From an uncultured Syntrophaceae bacterium (GTDB taxonomy: Bacteria; Desulfobacterota; Syntrophia; Syntrophales; UBA6807), in assembly GCA_964552105.1 (NCBI GenBank), contig CAZKGS010000001.1, positions 1 to 39,908 of the forward strand: a DNA stretch of 39,908 bases. The letters are read 5' to 3'. Of the stretch, positions 36,403-39,908 are shown in pieces (position 1 is the first letter of the stretch; each line of letters opens with the position of its first letter). Below the pieces are notes generated by a model. The model saw only the letters and a list, made by a program, of their open reading frames with translations. It searched no databases and was not told where the DNA came from. The translations under genes and the position numbers were made by a program.

Positions 36403-37410
36403 ATGTTAAAAAAAATACTGATCTTTTTAATTTCCCTTGAGTTAATTCTTTTTGCCTTTCAGATATGGATAGTTCCTGTCTCCGTGTTAAGTGTCACGGG
36501 TGAGGTAAAACAGAAGCTGCACATGGATATGGATGATCTTACAGAGTTCGATTGTGCCACCGTCAGGCTTAACGAGGTATCGAAGGATGGACGTTTTCAC
36601 GGTGTGTTTTGTTATAGGGGCCCAACACTGAGGGAATTGCTCGAATCTGCCATAATTGAAAAGTCAAAACCGGATTTTAACAAAGACCTTGACCTTGCCA
36701 TTGTAGTCCGCAACAAATCAGGGGACGAGGTCGTTCTCTCGTGGGGTGAAATATTTTACAGGAACCCGGCAGACGTTATAATAGCACTGGAGGCCATGTC
36801 CGTTATGCCTCACCATGACAAAGCTCATGTCCCCGAAGTTTACTGGTCCTGGCTGGATCAGCTCAATCGCAAAGTCGGTATGCCGAGGCTTGTAATTGCA
36901 AATGATTTTTACACGGATCGCTCCCTCGAAGAAATTACGGAGATTAAGGTGGTTGATTTGCACCCAAAGGTCGACAAGAAAGTTATGAACATTCTGTTTT
37001 CACCTGAATTCACTGTATCCGGCGATGTAGAACATCCTTTGGATATCGATACATTGTCTTCTTGGCAGCGTAAAGAGATTCTTTATAAAGAAGTCGGAGA
37101 TGGACAGGGTTATCATGGACTGAAGCTGGCAGGTGGTGTGCCCCTGGTGGACATCCTTAAGAAGGCGGGTATCAGGGACGATTTATGTTCTGCCGTTGTA
37201 GTTTCTGCCCCGGATGGTTATCGGACTCTTTTATCATATGGCGAACTGTTCATGGCGCCTTCCGGCAGGAATGTTATGATCGCTGATATGAAAGCCAAAA
37301 GACCAGTGAAAAAAGGGGGCAGGTTTTTCATGGTCATACCGGATGATCTCTCCGCGGACAGGAATGTAAAGGCTGTAGAAAAAATAGAGGTAATAAGCCT
37401 GCAAAGGTAA
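36403..37410 (+). CDS. Signal-anchored periplasmic protein with two tandem sulfite-oxidase/YedY-like (Oxidored_molyb-like) domains
   Basis: Domain 2 (about 37009-37401): TVSGDVEHPLDIDTL...GGVPLVDILKKAGI...VVVSAPDGYRTLLSYGELF...GGRFFMVIPDDLSADRNVKAVEKIEVISL follows the V-G-x-V...W/GV-x-L-x-D-L-L...DGY...P-x-R-x-V-x-P...VK-x-V-x-x-I pattern of small Moco-oxidoreductase-fold proteins. Domain 1 (about 36484-36990) is a divergent copy (SVTGEVKQKLHMDMDDL...LRELLESAII...IVVRNKSGDEVVLSWGEIF...PRLVIANDFYTDRSLEEITEIKVVDL). Confidence 0.55.
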   Translation: MLKKILIFLISLELILFAFQIWIVPVSVLSVTGEVKQKLHMDMDDLTEFDCATVRLNEVSKDGRFHGVFCYRGPTLRELLESAIIEKSKPDFNKDLDLAIVVRNKSGDEVVLSWGEIFYRNPADVIIALEAMSVMPHHDKAHVPEVYWSWLDQLNRKVGMPRLVIANDFYTDRSLEEITEIKVVDLHPKVDKKVMNILFSPEFTVSGDVEHPLDIDTLSSWQRKEILYKEVGDGQGYHGLKLAGGVPLVDILKKAGIRDDLCSAVVVSAPDGYRTLLSYGELFMAPSGRNVMIADMKAKRPVKKGGRFFMVIPDDLSADRNVKAVEKIEVISLQR

Positions 37411-37424
37411 AAATCTTAAATTCC

Positions 37425-38198
37425 ATGGAAACCGGACTTACACTATTTAAGAGCTGCACCGCGATTGCATCAATGTTGTACCTTGTCTCGGGTATTTCTT
37501 GTTTTATCCATGCAAAACGGATGGGGATCTTTCTAATCCTCATCGGATTGACGGTCAATATCGCCATCCTTGTTATGAGAGGACATGTCGAGGGAAGGTG
37601 GTATCTTGATCTGATGTTTACCGAGGGGGCGGAATTGCTTGTCCTCCCTGCCGGGATGGCGTGTGTCGTCCTCTTCCTCCTGTGGCGAGGTGCCGATACC
37701 GAAGGGCTTATTGTTATGATTCCCCTTGTGATAACTTCCATTATTCCCTTTGTTATCCCGGAGGATGTTGTCCTTCCTTCAATGAAGGCTCAAGTGCTGG
37801 TGGCCCCACTATTTTTTCTGACAGAGGCACTAAGCGCCGCCCTCTTTATTTCTGCAGGTGTCCTGGCCTTTGCATACCTTGTCTCCGGCTTGAATTCTGA
37901 AATGGTCTACAGCCGTAGGTTTGCCCTTTGGGGCTTTCTCATATTTACCTTATGCCAGATTATCGGGGCAATATGGGCATATATTGGATGGTCATACCCC
38001 TTTTCATGGAGCAGTAGACATCTGGCGAGCGCCTCGGTCTGGTGTGTCTATGCGGCCCTGATACATGTTCGTCTGATCGAAATACGACCGGAGATAAAAG
38101 CCGTTTGTGCGGTGCTGGGATGCATTCCTTTGATATACATTTTCTATCACCATGAGATAGTAGAAGTCTTGCACGGGGGGGTGTTTTGGTTGATATGA
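37425..38198 (+). CDS. CcsA/ResC-like (heme-handling protein family) polytopic membrane protein with a degenerate WWD motif
   Basis: GAIWAYIGWSYPFSWSSRHLASASVWCVYAALIH (37965-38066) aligns with the CcsA/ResC core GAxWAxxAWGxYWxWDPKExWxLxxWxxYAxxLH. The flanking G-A-x-W-A, S-W, W-x-x-Y-A and L/I-H are retained, but W-D-P-K-E is replaced by W-S-S-R-H. About 7-8 TM segments. Confidence 0.6.
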   Translation: METGLTLFKSCTAIASMLYLVSGISCFIHAKRMGIFLILIGLTVNIAILVMRGHVEGRWYLDLMFTEGAELLVLPAGMACVVLFLLWRGADTEGLIVMIPLVITSIIPFVIPEDVVLPSMKAQVLVAPLFFLTEALSAALFISAGVLAFAYLVSGLNSEMVYSRRFALWGFLIFTLCQIIGAIWAYIGWSYPFSWSSRHLASASVWCVYAALIHVRLIEIRPEIKAVCAVLGCIPLIYIFYHHEIVEVLHGGVFWLI

Positions 38199-38941
38199 GA
38201 CGCATCCCGGCCTTTTTAGAACGTATGGATATTGGATTCTGGTTACTCATTGCGGCATCAATAACCCTTTTTTGTGGTGCACTGATTGCAGATTTCAATC
38301 CGTCGGAATTAAGAAGATTAAATACACTCCACTTTCCGGAATGGCTGGCCGGGTTTTACAATCGCCCTGAGCTCTATCTATGGATACTTGTGCTCTTTGC
38401 CATACTCTTTATGCTTGTGGTCGATACAATCTTCTGTACCGTTGCGTACATTAAAAATCATTGCAGCTCCGGGATATCATTCAGAAAACTCAGCATAATC
38501 ATGTTTCATGTGTGTTTTTTATTGTTTCTCTCGGGACATTTTTTGAATGAATTTTCAGGGGTTAACGAGACACTGATCCTGGAAAGGGGGACTGTAACCG
38601 GCATGGGTGCGGACGGGCGGCTGATGATTAAACCGGCATCTATTGAGAGAAGCTCATTTAATATAGAAGGGCAGGTAGTCTCAAGGGGTGTAAAGACGGT
38701 CTTATATGTCAGGAACAATGATGGAAATATGACAACGATCTGTCCTGAAACCATGAATCCGGACTTTGCATCAGGATACAGCTTCCACATTTCTATGAAA
38801 GACAGGGATTTATCAGATAAACAGGTCAGGATTATCGTGCGGAGAGATTATGGTCTGTACCCCTTTGCTATTGGCGGGATAATAACCATTGTGGCCATTT
38901 TTTTCTACATACTGAGTTCAATCCATCCTCGCAGGTTATAG
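38195..38941 (+). CDS. Short ResB/CcsB-like membrane protein
   Basis: The ATG at 38195 overlaps the preceding stop (ATGA). It has an N-terminal TM segment, YLWILVLFAILFMLVVDTIFCTV (a ResB-like second TM segment ending in Cys), and SIIMFHVCFLLFLSGHFL followed by a roughly 100-aa soluble segment (ETLILERGTVTG...NIEG...TVLYVRNNDG...MNPDFASGYSFHIS) and a final TM segment. This is ResB topology at about half the usual length. Confidence 0.5.
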   Translation: MRRIPAFLERMDIGFWLLIAASITLFCGALIADFNPSELRRLNTLHFPEWLAGFYNRPELYLWILVLFAILFMLVVDTIFCTVAYIKNHCSSGISFRKLSIIMFHVCFLLFLSGHFLNEFSGVNETLILERGTVTGMGADGRLMIKPASIERSSFNIEGQVVSRGVKTVLYVRNNDGNMTTICPETMNPDFASGYSFHISMKDRDLSDKQVRIIVRRDYGLYPFAIGGIITIVAIFFYILSSIHPRRL

Positions 38942-39025
38942 ATCTGCAGCCCATGAAAATCCGGGTTAAATCATGTTTTGTAATGTTATTGACCACTATA
39001 ACGTTAAGTGGTAAGAACGATACTT

Positions 39026-39907
39026 ATGAAAGAAGAACTTCTTACTACAAAGGAACTTGCCGATTTTCTGAGGCTTAACGAGAAGAAAATATACCAACTC
39101 GTTAAAGAGAGTGGTATCCCCCATGTAAGGATTGCGGGGAAGTGGCTCTTTCCTAAAGATCATATCATTCGCTGGATTGATGAAAACGTGCAAAGGGAAA
39201 AAGACATCCACATTATAGGGAGTGACGATATGCTTCTGGGAAGGCTTTTGTCGATTTATTCTCGTGAGAATTTCCCCGAATCCATTGCTTTTTATTCGTC
39301 AGTGGGCAGCCTGAGAGGTATTCAGGCCCTGTCCGGGAAGAAAGGACAGGCATGCTGCACACATCTCCTTGATATGGAAACGGGAGAATATAATCTTCCC
39401 ATTCTGAGCAGGATACTTTCCCCTCAACGGTATGTCGTAGTCAATTTATGGCACAGGGAACAAGGTCTTATCGTTAAAAAAGGCAACCCTCTCGCCATAA
39501 AGGGTCTGGGGGATCTTGCAGGAAAGAAGGCAAGGTTCGTTAACAGGAATGAGGGGTCCGGCACGCGGACTCTGCTCGAGTATTTCCTGATGGAGAAGAG
39601 TTTATCTGAAAAGGATATCATCGGTTTTGCTGACGAAGTCAATACTCATGTAGAAGTAGCCCTTAAGGTCTTCTTTGATGAAGCGGACGTGGGTTTGGGT
39701 ATCGAGTATGTTGCCCATCTCCTCCCTCTCGATTTTATTCCACTCAGGGAAGAACGTTTTGATCTTGTTGTTCCAAAAGAACTCTGGTCGACAAGCGTCA
39801 TGAAAGGGTTTATTTCTTATATCGAACCAACAAAAATAAGCAAATTATCTCATAATCTGCCCGGTTATAATTTAAAAGATACGGGGAAAATTATTTTTGA
39901 AGGTTAA
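39026..39907 (+). CDS. Transcriptional regulator: excisionase-type HTH plus PBP-like oxyanion-binding domain (TunR-like)
   Basis: The N-terminus LLTTKELADFLRLNEKKIYQLVKESGIPHVRIAGKWLFPKDHIIRWI is an HTH_17/excisionase-type motif. The remainder (IHIIGSDDMLL...VGSLRGIQALSGKKGQACCTHLLD...VNRNEGSGTRTLLE...FDLVVPKE) fits the PBP_like domain found in MoeA-associated and tungstate-responsive TunR-type regulators. TAA at 39905-39907. The track ORF begins at GTG 39008. Confidence 0.65.
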   Translation: MKEELLTTKELADFLRLNEKKIYQLVKESGIPHVRIAGKWLFPKDHIIRWIDENVQREKDIHIIGSDDMLLGRLLSIYSRENFPESIAFYSSVGSLRGIQALSGKKGQACCTHLLDMETGEYNLPILSRILSPQRYVVVNLWHREQGLIVKKGNPLAIKGLGDLAGKKARFVNRNEGSGTRTLLEYFLMEKSLSEKDIIGFADEVNTHVEVALKVFFDEADVGLGIEYVAHLLPLDFIPLREERFDLVVPKELWSTSVMKGFISYIEPTKISKLSHNLPGYNLKDTGKIIFEG

Positions 39908-39908
39908 A

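Noticed and set aside
1-39908. In-frame TGA (selenocysteine) genes or a SECIS element, given the presence of selB
   Set aside because: Every family-assignable gene in the window is an uninterrupted ORF of normal length. No split ORF pair joined by a TGA was seen, so the selenoprotein targets are presumably outside the window.
1-39908. tRNA, rRNA or other canonical RNA genes
   Set aside because: The intergenic regions are short and mostly occupied by the repeats described above. I saw no cloverleaf-compatible segment, but this was judged by eye only.

Overview
This 39.9-kb window comes from a moderately AT-rich bacterium with an outer membrane (it encodes a TonB-dependent receptor, TonB and ExbBD). 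It is probably an anaerobe, given SelB, FdhD and a WtpA-type tungstate/molybdate importer. All calls were made by eye from the ORF track, recognisable motifs and the raw sequence; no searches were run.

Layout:
(1) 1-5.5 kb: the 3' end of maf, yggS, a small cysteine-free HMA-like secreted protein, and a translationally coupled minus-strand selB-fdhD-yhaM unit.
(2) 5.6-24.8 kb, plus strand: ruvX, mltG and a complete division/cell-wall (dcw) cluster: mraZ, rsmH, ftsL, ftsI, murE, murF, mraY, murD, ftsW, murG, murC, murB, ftsQ, ftsA, ftsZ, with no ddl. It has a near-consensus promoter and three GTGG boxes at 10-bp spacing upstream of mraZ. Several normally tight gene junctions are filled with short repeat modules, and one holds a 53-aa lipoprotein-like ORF.
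(3) 24.9-32.0 kb, minus strand: a GAF-GGDEF protein whose active site reads GGNEF, a SAM methyltransferase, an MBL-fold hydrolase, a coiled-coil lipoprotein, a wtpABC-like W/Mo ABC importer, a TrmO/TsaA-like gene, a Mop (molbindin) gene and an in-frame remnant of a ModA-type binding protein.
(4) 32.6-38.9 kb, plus strand: the most unusual part. This is a tightly packed seven-gene operon encoding a TonB-dependent receptor, TonB, ExbB, ExbD, a periplasmic protein made of two sulfite-oxidase/YedY-like domains, a CcsA-like protein with a degenerate WWD heme-handling motif, and a miniature ResB-like protein. It has no ABC or MFS importer and no CxxCH protein. A regulator with an excisionase-type HTH and a PBP-like domain (TunR-like) follows at 39.0-39.9 kb.

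A palindromic MITE-like element occurs at three loci: 1.1 kb, 6.1 kb (half copy) and 32.3 kb.
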